A stretch of DNA of 64,000 nucleotides, taken from assembly GCF_009914755.1 (NCBI RefSeq), contig NC_060937.1. One strand, 5' to 3'. The DNA comes from the human T2T-CHM13v2.0 reference genome, Homo sapiens. The notes beneath the pieces were generated by a model that was given only the letters and a program-made list of their open reading frames with translations, was not told the origin of the DNA and made no database searches. Shown piece after piece: positions 28,346-43,689 of this stretch (position 1 is its first letter; the number at the start of each line of letters is the position of its first letter). The position numbers were made by a program, and so were the translations under genes.

Positions 28346-30957
28346 CTGTAATGAAGAGAAGACACTGGTTTGTTTGCCGAGGCAATAGGGTGAGTTTAAG
28401 TCTTTTTCAGGAAGGAAATGCCTTTTCCTATGTGTGCATGTGAGGCATGGAATCTCCAGTGAACTAACCCTAAAAGAGACAAAGTAAGGGACTTATTTCT
28501 GGAGTCTCTTCCTTTCAACTCTTAACTCTGTTCCTGAGGCCCCACATCCTTCAAAGATAGAGTAAGTCCCTAGAAGGCATTCAGTGAAGGTAGATGTCCA
28601 GTTTCCTTTCCACAGCGTTCTCCCGTAGGAGAGATGGGACCAAGTCCCGTGTAGTTTCTTCCATTGTTTAATAACATTATGACCAAGAAGACTTCCCTGT
28701 GTGGAACCTAAGCTCTTTTTCTTTTTCCATTTACAGTCATTTTTCTCTCATCTGTTTTCAGCAAAAAGGGAGAAATAGAAAATGGTGGTTACTACTGTGG
28801 ATTATAATAATGCTCATAACTTTAAAATAATCACTAAGTCATTTATCCGACTTCCCTACCAGGCAAAATATTTCCAGTCTTTCTAATGTGTCTTAGGTGA
28901 AGATTACAAATCCTCGTGGTTCAGCACAGGAGCCTGGTCAACCACTGGTAGTGATTTGTTTCAACCCCAGAGAGGTAGTTGCTAAATGCAATAACTAAGC
29001 AAGGTTCCTTTCATGGTCCCCATAATGCTATGCTATAATGACTGTTAATATGTTTCTTTCCCTATCCTAGAATGACCCAGGGAGTCCTTGCCCCCCTTTA
29101 CTCTGGGGGGCAAGGACCATGTCTGAATCTTCCCAGAACCTAACTTGGTGCCTGGTGCTATCTGTTATTACTGAATATTGCTGCAGAATGGAGAGTGGTG
29201 TTCAGGAATGTGTGGGTTGCCCAAAGCAAGTCTCCTAGTCATAGGTAACTAGAGGGGCCCATGGGATGGAGACCCTGAGATTGATGCCCTTTAGGGAGGG
29301 CACTCCCTGGAGTACCTAAGCTGCCTTTTATATCAGGGAACCTCCTTTTGCACATCAGGAAACAGCTCAATAGAACCCAGAGAAATGGTGCACCTCCAGC
29401 ATGATATACCCAAAGAAGAGTAAGTGAAGTAAGGCAGTCTTTTTTTGGCTTTTCTTGGGGGAAGGGGAAATGACAGAATGCCACTGGTTGGTTAAAACTA
29501 TTATAAATCCTGGCAGTTAGAGTGTTAATTTAACACAACCCCTCCTTTCCCAACCAAGTGCTCTTTCTTAGACCCGTCTGATAATGTGCCTTCAGTTAAT
29601 GAACCTTCTTTCCTCCCTTCCTTCCTCATTACTCCACTCCCTTTCCCCAAAGGGCATTTTTAAAAAATTTTCTTGTAGTTTGTAATGAAGCTTTGCTTCT
29701 TCCTCATCATATTAGAACCTTTCTACTTTTATGCCCAACTACTCAGTGACAAAAATGTCTTTACCTTGCTCTGCTTAATGTCTTCTACTACCCACCACCC
29801 CAGGTGTCCAGTTAGGATGTATGAAAATTTCACTTATACCAGTGTCATCATTAGGGCCTCTGTGTGGCTGTCTGCAGGGACATGCTCTGCATTCAGAGAG
29901 AACACTGGGGAGATGACACGTTTCTCTTTTTGTGAAACATGCTCCCGTTGTGATTACTAAATGACATTCCTCCCAGAGCATGCAACACGGGCAGAGCTAC
30001 AGCCTCTGCTTCCTTCTTCGCATAAAATTGTTGAAGAAATAGACCAGGATGGGGACCCTCGATTTGAAATAAAAGAGCCTCCAGTGGATCCTGAAAGTGC
30101 TACATCTGAAAATCCGGTGTGGGAACAGCGCTGGCAGATGCCTTCTCTATACTAGTAAAAACTGGTGCATTTTGGTTGGAGGTTTATTCCTTGCTTTATT
30201 TGGGATAAAGTATCAATGTTTTTCTTCCACAATGCCTTCCACCATCTAAAAAGAAAAGTGTCCTGAGCCTGAGAAATATCCAGATCTTTTCTCCTTACAC
30301 ACCTAAGACCCTTGCATGTTTGGGGCAGGTGGCATCCTTTGCACTTTCCATAGTTTCAGCCCCCACATCCCGTCTTAGCCGTCACAACACACTTTGTTTT
30401 AACAAGTGTTTGGGACTTTGCTTCTTATCATTGAGAATAAACTGGCTCTCATTTGGCTTCCCTCAGCCTTTTCATTTATTCTCTTGGAAGCTGACTGCTG
30501 CCTCATAAAACAGCATGAAGCTGTTATGGGCTCCTTAATCATCTGATGTGTTGGAATCCTTCTGCAGACCCATGGTTCCAGTTTCAGGGGAGCCCAGTTG
30601 CATCAGACTTGACCTCACCTGATCTTTCTTTTCCCTTAAAATTCTCCTCAGTGTTTCCTGGAATGCCACTAACTAGCTCGGAAGTGTGCTAGGTCATTGC
30701 CATACAATGCAAGGATATTGGAATCTCCTCCAAGAATGTCCTGGACTGGCCAGGGGCCCTGGACACGCTGGGGAGAGTGCATGGCAGCATGGGTTGGGCC
30801 GTCTCTGGCATTCAGGGCTGGTCTTACAAGAGGCAGCACCAGCCCAGGCACCATTCACTTGCCAAACTCCTGACTCCCTGTATTGTTTGCTGTATTAGGT
30901 AATTCTGACTTTTGATTATTTTTCAATAGAAAGATGCAGTGTTGAACATTATTCTAA

Positions 30958-31289
<332 letters not shown>

Positions 31290-33384
31290 TAGGAGCTGAA
31301 TTATCTCCTAACTTCTGTGATAAATTTATAGAAGCTGAATTCCCTCCCATGGGTTAGTGAGGAATCTTTTTTTTTTTTTTAAGATTCTTTTTGTTCTTGG
31401 ATTTCAGGAATTTTAATGGTAGCAACACCTTTGACCCAACCTCCAACTGCATCCATCTATCAGGTACTATAAATTCCAATCCCACTCACTAGGGCTGCTG
31501 ATAGTAACCAACAAGTAGATACAGCTGAAACCAGATATAACCTTGTGTATTTCTCTACATTTACAACCCCAGTATAACTGCCAGTTAAAACAGCCTTTTC
31601 TCTCTATCTGGACATAATCTGGGTTATTTTCAGTTGCTAGACATTACTTCAAATTACTTTGTCATTTATTTGGCTTAAGAAATAAACAAGTCTTGGGCCT
31701 CCTTGCTCCCACGTTAATCAATCAGAGGAGTGTACCTCGGGGCCTTGCAGCCACACTCTGTATTGAAAGACAAAGTTAGCAGACTTGACACACTTTCTCT
31801 CACCCATCAGAGACACTCAAATGGACATCAGCCAAATTCTAGCATGTGGCAACTCTGGAAAGGAAAAGAGTGATAAGAATGATCTTCAACAAGGAGACTC
31901 TCCTGAAATGGGATTATTTAAACCCACAGAGCCCCAGGGGAATTCTGGTAGAAGGATTAGCAATCTGTGATGTGGTGTGGATCACAATGATACTAGGAAG
32001 GAATGAAGCGATGGGACAGAAAGCTCATGTGTCCTATACTGGAAGAAGCATGTTTGATTATGACTAATAACTCTGGAAAGCAATGTGAGCTGAGAATGGC
32101 TCGTGATTGTGGGAAAATTATCCCATATTTCCTGCCAAGGTCACTGAGGGGTTGGGCTAGCTGCCATATAATTTAGACTTGCAGAAGGAACTCTTCCAGT
32201 GTGCCACCTGCCCTTAACTACTCTAAATGTAGTTGATTTTTTCCTCCTGTCCACAGCCATTGCTGGCTTTCTCCTGTCTCTCCAGCTTTTAACTGATTTC
32301 CAAGTTTCCTCCCCAAGCCAAATAGAACATGCTCCTGAGGCCAGTCCTTCCTCAGTGTAAGCAGAATCATTTCAAGGCCCAAGAGAAAAACAAAAGCCAT
32401 TTTCCTCTCTCTGCCCCCTAAATCCCTCACCCCAGTATCATTTGCATGTAAGGAGAGGGACGATACTGTTGAATTTGGAACAACAGGCTCTCCACACCGA
32501 GAGGGACAAGCTCCAAGAACACTGGATCCACAATCTGTTTTCTTAGTTCCAACTACTAATGACTCTGGCATACACAGGAGTGAGTGGAAAACTTTCAGAA
32601 GCCACAATCCAAACATTTTGGGTAGGAGTAATTGAGGTTCCAATTGTTTTGTAGCACCAGAGGCTGGAGATTAATGGGCTTTGTGACGTCTGAGCTGGAG
32701 GAACTGGAAGGTAGGCTGCGGGAAAGCACATTTGCCTGCTGTTTATAGCATCTGCCCTACCTGGAAAACAACAGTCTTTGCTTTTCAAAAGTGAAACTTA
32801 AATGACTCCCCTAGGGCTTTCTACTCGGTCTGGACATTCCCAGGAAAATCAAAGTATGTAATTTGTGGATTTGTGCAGAGGGTTTTTTTGATCCATGGCC
32901 TTGAAGAGCACCAACTCTTTCACCGAATGTTTGATTTCACTGTTCCTTGCCACCCTCAATTATGTTCTGGATCACATATTTCTAATCCCTCAACAGTTTC
33001 ATTATGTAAGCGTGCGTGTACTTGTAATGCCTCTCTCTCCGCCCCCCTTCACTTACCACTTTTGCACCTATCTCCAGACTGAGCCCTTTGAGGGAAGAGA
33101 TGCAAGCACCTTTGTGTCTCCAGGGCTTAGACCAGTGTCTGCTGCTCAGAGAAGGTGCCTAATAACTGTTGCAAGAACAAACAGGTGCTGCGTGTCACCT
33201 TGTACTGTTATCTGAGCATTGCATTGGAATTATTTACTTTTGTGTCCATCTCCCTTGCTAGTCTGTGAGCAGCTGGAGGGTAGAATCCCAGGTCTAGTTT
33301 ACTTTCGCATCTCTCAAAGCACAGTGTTTTTCATGTAATATGTGCTCAGTATAGGTTTATGAATCTGTTGAACAAATATCTTAC

Positions 33385-33517
33385 CCAGTTTAAGTCTCTC
33401 CCGGGCAAACTCCCACTTGCTGGCATCATAAGGGAGCCGCTCACACTGCTCATCCAAAGGAACTTCATCTGGGTCCATTATAATTGATAGGTAGTCAGTC
33501 TTTATTTCAGAAGAAGA
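33385..33517 (-). CDS. FLT1: FLT1 exon 17 (juxtamembrane, Y794)
   Basis: CAG|TCT TCT TCT GAA...AAA CTG G|GTAAG; [44 protein letters not shown]; 133 nt. Confidence 0.97.
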
Positions 33518-34152
33518 CTGAGAAATAAAGAGATCTCAAAGTCATCGAGAAGAAAACAACTTTACAAATCCTAGATATTCCGTTAACATCCACTGTTTTA
33601 TTTGGGATCATTTGGTTGAAACTGTGTGGCCAGGTGCAGAAAGTACTTCTCCACATTCACATACACTCATCACACTTAGGTGTGCAATTTCTATTAAACG
33701 ACTCCTTACTATTCCCACACTACATTTCTGTAATGTGAGCTCTACCATCCTATCTTGGATAACATGCACTCAAATTCTCCAGTGACCTTATGTGTTGTAC
33801 TTGATCTTAAACAATTATATGATGGTCTTGCTAAAAAATGCAAAGCATTTTTATAAAGTCATTCCAAACAATGACTAAAAATAACTTCCCATGGCCATCT
33901 TGTATAAGCACGAATATATATTACATATGGGCCAACAGTGGGGCGCACTGTGGCTTTTCTACATATATAGGAAAAGCAAGAAGTGGCAAAGTAAACCCAG
34001 GATCCCTGGGGCACTGAAAAGCACATTTCTTATGAAGTGTTTAAACTTTCAGAAGGCCTGACCTCTTAGTTGCTTCAGCTATCTGGAAAGGTTGTAGCTG
34101 AATCCTGAGTGAGACTGGAATAAGGTTTACCTTCTGTAAGAAATGGAAGTTG

Positions 34153-34454
<302 letters not shown>

Positions 34455-35589
34455 TCAAAGGCCAAGGAGTAAATATGGCATAAGACTTATACACAAGCCA
34501 CATTCTGACTTCATTTGTCCATTGGTAGGATGTCAAGTGAGTAAGGCAGACATCTGCCTTGAAGTGCTTTTTTATCTTGGTAATGCAAATCAAGCCCAGA
34601 AAATACCCTTCATTTCAGATCATAGATAAGTGGATTTACATTTAATGTCTTAGATTCATATCAGTGGGTGTATTTCCTGTTAATGGGCAAATTTCTAGAA
34701 TTGATGACTGCATGTCTGTGGGCAGACTCTTGGATAGGATGGAAAGGAAGCATGTTTTCCCATATAACTCTTGGCCAGAAGTTATGTAAACTTCATTTAA
34801 ATGAGTTTTGGGGCCCTTCCTTTTGGTGCTTTTCCCTAAACGGGATCAGAGTTGGAATGGAGAAGACAACTTCTCCATACACACCATTTGACACCCACTC
34901 GCATTCTTCAGCCCTTACTCACTCTGTTCTGGGCTGTCACAGCTCACCTCATCCATCACTTGAAATCATTCTCCTTCTCACAAAAATTATCACTAAAATG
35001 TGTGACAAATAGCTCAAGGCAGAAAGGTTTGCTTGGCCTCCATAAAGGATGAGAAGCAAAAAACGATATGGAGCACGTTTGTCACAAACTGTGGTTGCCA
35101 TTGGTGTTAGACTATGAGGGCCCGGCCTGCCAGACACTCTGTGAAGAGTATGAATTCCTATAACAGGGTACTAGGTGCCCATTAGAGAAACTGCTGTAGT
35201 AGTAGGTTTTATGACTAAACTTTTCAATGTCCTGTATACCCGAGCCCTGAGAAACAATCTCCAATCCTCACAGAGCATAGGATAGCTGAAACCTCGCAAG
35301 GGACATCTTGGGCTCATGCAGGATGTGTGGGGAGGCTGGCAGTAGTGTTGACAGAGGCAGGGGAATAGGCGGTGGTAGGCAGTCTCCCACGTGGCACCTA
35401 TGGAATTTTATGGTTTGTCTCAATAAGGCAGGTGAGAGGAGACACCAAACAAACCTTAAGTGAGGGCTTTGAGGAGACTGTGATAGTAAAATGTTAGTTG
35501 GCAAATATTTATTCTTTCAATTGACATTAACACTGAGCAGCTACTAGGTGCTTGGCATGGAGTCTGCACAGCTAAGTGCTTCAAAGCCC

Positions 35590-35810
35590 AGGCATGGGGG
35601 CTGAATACCTGGGTTTGAATCACAGGTCAACTTCTGCTCACCCACACACATAACTGTGGACAAACTGCCCTCTAACCTTAGTTTTCTTATCTGTAATAAT
35701 GGTACTTATCTCATAGGGTTGTTGTGAATATCAAATGAAATAATCCATGGAAAGCTATTAAGAGCAGGGTCTGGTATGTAGTAAGCCTCCATAAATGTTG
35801 GCTATAATTA
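35590..35810. mobile_element. MIR (approximate)
   Basis: cctgggtttgaatc...gttttcttatctgtaa...ctcatagggttgttgtgaatatcaaatgaaataatcc. Confidence 0.7.
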
Positions 35811-36050
35811 TAACAATAAATGTTAGCTATAGTTATGCAGGGTGAGGATAAAATATAAAATGCCATCTTTATCAATGAGGAATTTACATTGTCGTTAGAG
35901 GAACCACATGGAAATATTTTGGGATGTCTTGTTCCTCTTTGCCTCCCCCAATCCCTTTCAAATTTTACAGGCATTCTGTTTTTGAGATAATGATCTCTTG
36001 CTCTCATTCTTTCTTATTAACATCAAAATTTCACAGAATTTTAGAAATAG

Positions 36051-36440
<390 letters not shown>

Positions 36441-37155
36441 TAACCAGACTACTTCCCCGCTCTGGGGAGTAGGAAGGACTAGGGCGGGCTGTTTTTCTGC
36501 TTCTTTCCTTCCAGCTACAGCCTTCAAAGTCTGTCTCAAGCCTTGCTTTCTCGGAAGTTTTTTCTCCCCTTCTCCTCCTTTGAACTCCTATAGCCTTTGT
36601 ACCTCCCTTGCAGATTTGGCAAGTTTTGCTTCTGTTAGATGTATTTCCCTATATGGTGTATCTCCCCTTTCAAAACTATTGTGTGACCTTTGTTTCCTTC
36701 TCAAGCAGTGGACTTAGTTGTCATGTCTCAAAATCAGTCACTCCAAATGGCAAAAGCCTGATGTTAAACATTTACCATAGAGGATGGCTGCTGGCCTTGT
36801 CTCTCATACCAGCACTATAAAGTATATCTTATTGGTTGTTAATATCAAATCTAAGGTCAAATAGCCTGGGTTCAAAACTAAGGTCCAACCATAGTGACTT
36901 TGGATCAGTTAACTTTGTCTTGCTGAGCCTCAGTTGCCCTCTCTATAAAATGGGAATAATAATATATTTACCTTTTCATATTTTTGGAATAATTTATTGA
37001 CATACTACATAAAGAGCTTCCCATAAGACCTGGCATATTAATAAGGGCTAATCTCTAGAAATTGAGAAGGCCTTCTGATACTTCTCAAGTCCTACTGATT
37101 TTACTTCCCAAATATCCTTGACTCTAATCATTTAGCCAGAGGTACCATAATTTCT

Positions 37156-38156
<1,001 letters not shown>

Positions 38157-39003
38157 AGCCACCATAATTTCTTACCTGGACTACCAAGAAGTCTTCTACC
38201 AGGTGCCTCTCTATTCACTCTTGCCCCCCACCACCCGGGTCCATTCTTCTCACAGTAGCCAAAATAATTTTTCCAGACATATATCTGTCACACTAGGTGC
38301 CCCACTCCCCCCATTCCTGCCTTAGTCTAACATAGCTTTCTTCCCCAAGGCTTCCCATTGCTTTTAGAATACGGACCAAATTCCTCACCATGGCCTACGA
38401 GACCCTGCCTGGCCAGGCCTTGCCGCTTTCCCTTCCCATTTCTTGGCAGCCTCACCTCATACCTTGTTCCTCCTGTTCTCCACGCTGTAGCCCTGGCCTT
38501 CTGTCAGTCTCTCACTGTGTTCCCCCTCCCCTGCCCAGCCTCCTAAATGCTCTTGCCTCTGCCTACAACACTCCTTCCTCTCTTCTTAACCTTGACACTC
38601 CTCCTACACATCTTTTAGGCAGCTACTCTTTCAGCTAACTCAGAGTTGCAGTTTGACATTTGTGTGGCTGATTAAAGCCAATCTCCCCTGACTGCTCCCT
38701 CCAGCATCTGCCCCACTGTCACCAGAGGGTCTTGCACAGGGCCTGGCATGCTGCACTGAGTGGGTATGCAGTAAATATTTGAAGCATGAATGAATGAATG
38801 AATAAATGTAAGCTCTTTTCCCACTGGATTTCAGAGAAGCAGATCATATTACAGACCTAAGTATAGAAATCTGATGTCCTGAATGCCAACCTGGACCTCA
38901 CACTCTAAAGAACTTAATTTTGTGGTGTGACTCAGAAAGTATAGAAAAAGAGTCCACTTATTTTTACTTCCAATATGTTATGAGAGAAGTCAAAGGTGGG
39001 GCC

Positions 39004-39007
<4 letters not shown>

Positions 39008-39040
<33 letters not shown>

Positions 39041-39317
39041 AGACAGGGTCTCACTCTGTCGCTCAGGCTGAAGTGCAGTGGCATATGACTCACTTCTCAC
39101 TTGACCTCCCAGGCTAAAGTGATTTTCCCACCTCAGCCTCCCGAGTAGCTGGGACTACAGGTGTGCACCACCATACCTGCCTAAGTTTTAAAATTTTTTG
39201 TAGAGTCAGGGTCTTACTATATCGGACAGGCTGGTCTTGAACTCTTGGCCTCAAGCGATCCTCCTGCCTTGGTCTCCCAAAGTGCTGGGATTACAGTCAT
39301 GTACCACCGTGCCCAGT
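39008..39317 (-). mobile_element. Alu (AluJ-like)
   Basis: Long poly-T plus diverged Alu body. Confidence 0.92.
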
Positions 39318-39660
39318 CTCCTTTTTATTTCTTAGCAGAGAGTGAGCGTTAGGAAATAAAGGTTTCACAGGTCCCACACTGACTTTAAAGACTCTATTAA
39401 CATATTTTGTATCAAAAATACCTTCTGTCCCTGAGAAGTATTCATCAGTTCATTGTTACGGCTTTTCTTTTGAACACCCCCCCTTGTGGCTAGAGACATT
39501 TTGATGATTTATTTTCTTTCTGTGTTCACCAGGTCAGAGACAGGAATGAGAGGGAAGGGAAAGAAAGAGGGTCCAACATTTGTTTGCCTACTCTAGACAT
39601 CAGATCGGGCTTTTTAGAATATATGTAAAAAGGAGCATAGAACATCACCTATGTTCTTAC

Positions 39661-39767
39661 CCTTTTCATTTTTCGGATAAAGAGGGTTAATAGGAGCCAG
39701 AAGAGAGTCGCAGCCACACAGGTGCATGTTAGAGTGATCAGCTCCAGATTAGACTTGTCCGAGGTTC
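39661..39767 (-). CDS. FLT1: FLT1 exon 16 (transmembrane helix)
   Basis: CAG|GA ACC TCG...ATG AAA AGG|GTAAG; (G)TSDKSNLELITLTCTCVAATLFWLLLTLFIRKMKR; 107 nt. Confidence 0.97.
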
Positions 39768-39933
39768 CTGGAGAGAAAAAAAATCACAATAGTGGTGCAA
39801 CAAAGAAATTCCCAAACTCAGAATCTTTGTGGTTTTATAAAAGAGGCTCAGTTTCCCTAAATGGTTTATCATAGCGAACCCAATCTGCTGCCACAAAATC
39901 AGTCTCTGGGACAGATCTCTTACCTTCTAAGCC

Positions 39934-40006
39934 AGGCAGTATACATGAACTCACATAGAAAAGGCAGTATACATGAACTCACATAATGAACTCACATAGA
40001 AAAGGC
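39934..40006. repeat. Complex local tandem duplication
   Basis: aggcagtatacatgaactcacatagaaa / aggcagtatacatgaactcacata / atgaactcacatagaaaaggc. Confidence 0.93.
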
Positions 40007-40653
40007 TTTCCAGAAATTTTGCTGTCAAGTTTGCAAACTTTGTAATTCCAGAAACAGCTAAGTAAAAATCAGAGGAGAAATTAAAAATGGGAAAAAATTA
40101 AGGCAGGAACAAAAGCCCATTAAAATGCTAAATCTGGAATATGTTAAATCTCCCTAATGAGTTTTAGAGGAAATTCTAAAAAAAAAAAAAAAAGACAAAA
40201 TAATGACATAAAAGGGCTACTTTGGGACTCACAAAATTCTTCAAAGTAGAATTTAAGAATAAAAATAAATCCAGGACTGTCACAGTTGCCTGTTTGCTCC
40301 CTTTGGAACTGCCAGCCCAAAGCGCCCACATCCCACTCCCTTTGTCTAGGGCTCTGTTTCTGGCTTCATCAGCCAGATTGGGGGGCCTGAGATAGAAGAG
40401 GCAATTGCTGGACCTGAATCCTTCCCAGTCACCTTCTCTATCAGAATCACAGAGATCAAAAGCTGAGCACTGTTCCTCCAAGACCAAAAGGAAAAGACTT
40501 AAAGTATTCAAGCCATGCCTCCAGAGAGGGAACTCTGGAATTTGTAAAGAAATGCCTCCATGGGCCAGAACAGTATTGATTCTTGTGAGCAATTTCCCAG
40601 GAATTCTAAAGTAATGCCTTTATCCTTTAACTTAACTACAATGAGACAGAAGT

Positions 40654-40930
40654 GGCTGGGCATGGTGGCTCGCATCTGTAATCCTAGCAGTTTGGGAGGC
40701 TAAGGAGGGAAGATTGCTGGAGCCCCGGAGTTTGAGACCAGCCTGGGCAACATAGCAAGATGCCTTCTCTTAAAAAAAAAAAAATGTGGTAGCACACACT
40801 TGTAATCCCAGCTACTCTGGAGGCTGAGGCAGGAGGATCACTTGAGCCCAGGCGTTCCATGCTGTAGTGAGCTATGATTGTGCCACTGAACTCCCGCTTG
40901 GGCAACAGAGCAAGACCTGGTCTCAAAAGA
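40654..40930 (+). mobile_element. Alu (AluJ-like) with GA-rich tail
   Basis: ggctgggcatggtggctcgcatctgtaatcc...gcaagacctggtctcaaaa. Confidence 0.9.
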
Positions 40931-41455
40931 GAGAGGGAGAGAAAGAGAGAGAGACAGACAGATAGATGTTTATATTAAGGTGGGCAAAGGACAAGTGAAA
41001 TTTTCTTTTTAGAAATAATGATGTGGATGAGGATCTAATTTGCTGAGCACTTATTATATTCTAAGCATGCAAACTATGAAGTCAGGGGCAGTAATACTCC
41101 AGTTTCATACATGAGCACTTCATCTTGGGGGCTCTCTGTTTCAATGCAACAAAGATGTATTGAGTTGTACTAGAGGCAAGGTTAGGGGCCGGAGGAGATA
41201 GAAAGATTAATGAGGGACAGTTGCCACTCTCAAGGACCCCATTCAAACCTAACCAAGAGACTTAAGGCAAATACAAAGAAATTAGATTTTGAAAGATTCG
41301 GCTGTTGAGGGAATCTAATATATACTACTATCTAATAGTAATCTAATAATACTTTTTTGAAGAGGTGGCATTTGACATGAATTTTAATCTGCAGAGATGA
41401 AGGCAGGGGAGGGCATTATAGGCAGAGGAAACAGTATGAGTAAAGACCCAGACCT

Positions 41456-41750
41456 GGCCAAGTGCGATGGCACACGCCTGTAATCCTAGCGCTTTGGGAG
41501 GCCGAGACGGGCAGATCACCTGAGGTCAGGAGTTCAAAACCAGCCTGGCCAACATGGTAAAACCCTGTCTCTACTAAAAATACAAAAAAAAAATTAGCTG
41601 GGTGTGGTGGGGGGGCACCCAGCTCCTCGGTAGTCTGAAGCAGGAGAATAGCTTGAACCCAGGAGGCGGAGGTTGCAGTGAGCTGAGATCGCACCACTGC
41701 ACTCCATCCTGGGTGACAGAGTGAGACTCCATCTCAAAACCAAAACAAGA
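41456..41750 (+). mobile_element. Alu
   Basis: Full Alu; TSD aagacccagacct. Confidence 0.92.
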
Positions 41751-41939
41751 CACAAGACCCAGACCTGGGAAAAGATAGGGCAGTATAATACAAGATACAA
41801 GACAGGACCAGACCATAGAGGATTCTGAGCATCTGTGTGATGGGTTTGATCTAAAGGCTGCAGGCAGTTGGAGCCAAGGTTTCCTGCCCAAATCATAGCA
41901 AATGCACAAGCTGGAAACCTGAGATAACAATAACTCATT

Positions 41940-42160
41940 GGCCCTTATTGAGTGCTTTCTATTCTAGGGACTTTTCTAAGGACCAACATGTATTCATTCA
42001 CCAAAGACTCACAAAAATACTACAAGCTAGATTATTCCCATTTTATGAATAAGGAAATTGAGACACAGAGAGATTAAGCCTCTTGCCCAAAGTCACACAG
42101 CCTGCAAGTGGTGGAGCTGTGATTTTAACCCAGATAATCTGACTGCACATGCTTAACCAC
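41940..42160. mobile_element. MIR (approximate)
   Basis: cccattttatgaataaggaaattgagacacagagagattaagcctcttgcccaaagtcacacagc. Confidence 0.75.
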
Positions 42161-42289
42161 GAAGCTTCCAAGAGTATGCCACTTCCTCCTCTCTGATCCT
42201 TCCAGCCTTTACAAGCGCAGATTAATCACTTCCTATTGGCCATAGTCCCCGCCACAAAGTTATCTTTTAGTCTGGAGTGGAAACTGATA

Positions 42290-42720
42290 TTTTCTCTCCA
42301 TCCAACCCATCACAAAGTCCTGCCCATTCTACTTCCTTGGATCATTAAATTATCAGCTCTCCTACCCAGCTGTGACTGCCTAAAATAAGGCCTTATCAGT
42401 TCTCACCAGGACTACCTCATTGGCCATGGCTCCCTCCAGTCTGTCCTCCACCTCTGCAGCCAGAGTGATCTTGCCAAATCACCAATTTAAAATCCTATTA
42501 CTCTTCTGTCTAAATTCCGTCATCTGTTCCCTGTCACCATCAGGATAAAAGTCCAAATCCTTAAATCCTTTATGCCCAACCTTGCCTCTCTTTTCAGCTT
42601 CATCTCCTGCTGTCCTCCCACTTGCTTCAGTCACGCCACAGTTCTTATAGTTTCTTAAATACACCAACCCTTCAGAACATCCATGCTTTGGCTTTTGCTA
42701 TTTCTCTGCCAAAATGTGTG
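42290..42720. mobile_element. L2 fragment (approximate)
   Basis: ccagtctgtcctccacctctgcagccagagtgatctt...caggataaaagtccaaatcctt, typical of L2 3' regions. Confidence 0.6.
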
Positions 42721-42842
42721 CTTCCTGATGACTGAGTCCATAACTTATTCACCCTACTCATCAGCTTGGGCGAATGAATGTATATATATGTTTTGCTTTA
42801 CCTACCTCTAAAGAGTTTCATGAGGGTTTTAAAGAGTTTAGG

Positions 42843-43146
<304 letters not shown>

Positions 43147-43638
43147 GAGTTTAGGGTCACGTCTCTGTTCCTGTGTATTACTTCATAAAACATATAGACC
43201 ACCACCTCTGTTGCAGATATGTTCTAGGTGCTGGTATACAGTTAGAAGAGAAAGGGCATGGTTGGAGCTCACAGTCTGGTATTCAACTATGAACTGATGA
43301 GTGTGTTATAAGTTCTGAGTGAAGCAGCAGAACGTAGGGCTATGGTCCTCTTCTTCACTGCTACATTTCCAGGGTTCAGAATAGTGCCTGGCATATAGTA
43401 GACATCCTGAAAATAGTGGTCAAATGAATGAATTGGCTTATTTGCTGCTTTGTCAGCTGGTCTTAAGTTTCCCTGAACCTCATGGGGTTGATTGAAAATA
43501 ACTTCCTTAAAGAAATTTCTAAGTGTGATAACCTTTTCTCTCACTACACATCCTCACAATGGGAAGATTGTAAGCTCAAGTTCATATGAGTTTGGTTTCT
43601 TTCTCCACAGTGACAGTGAGGTTTAATGCGGCCTTGCT

Positions 43639-43640
<2 letters not shown>

Positions 43641-43679
<39 letters not shown>

Positions 43680-43689
43680 CGCACACGCA
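43641..43689. repeat. (CA)n microsatellite
   Basis: acacac...atgcgcacacgcacacac. Confidence 0.95.
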
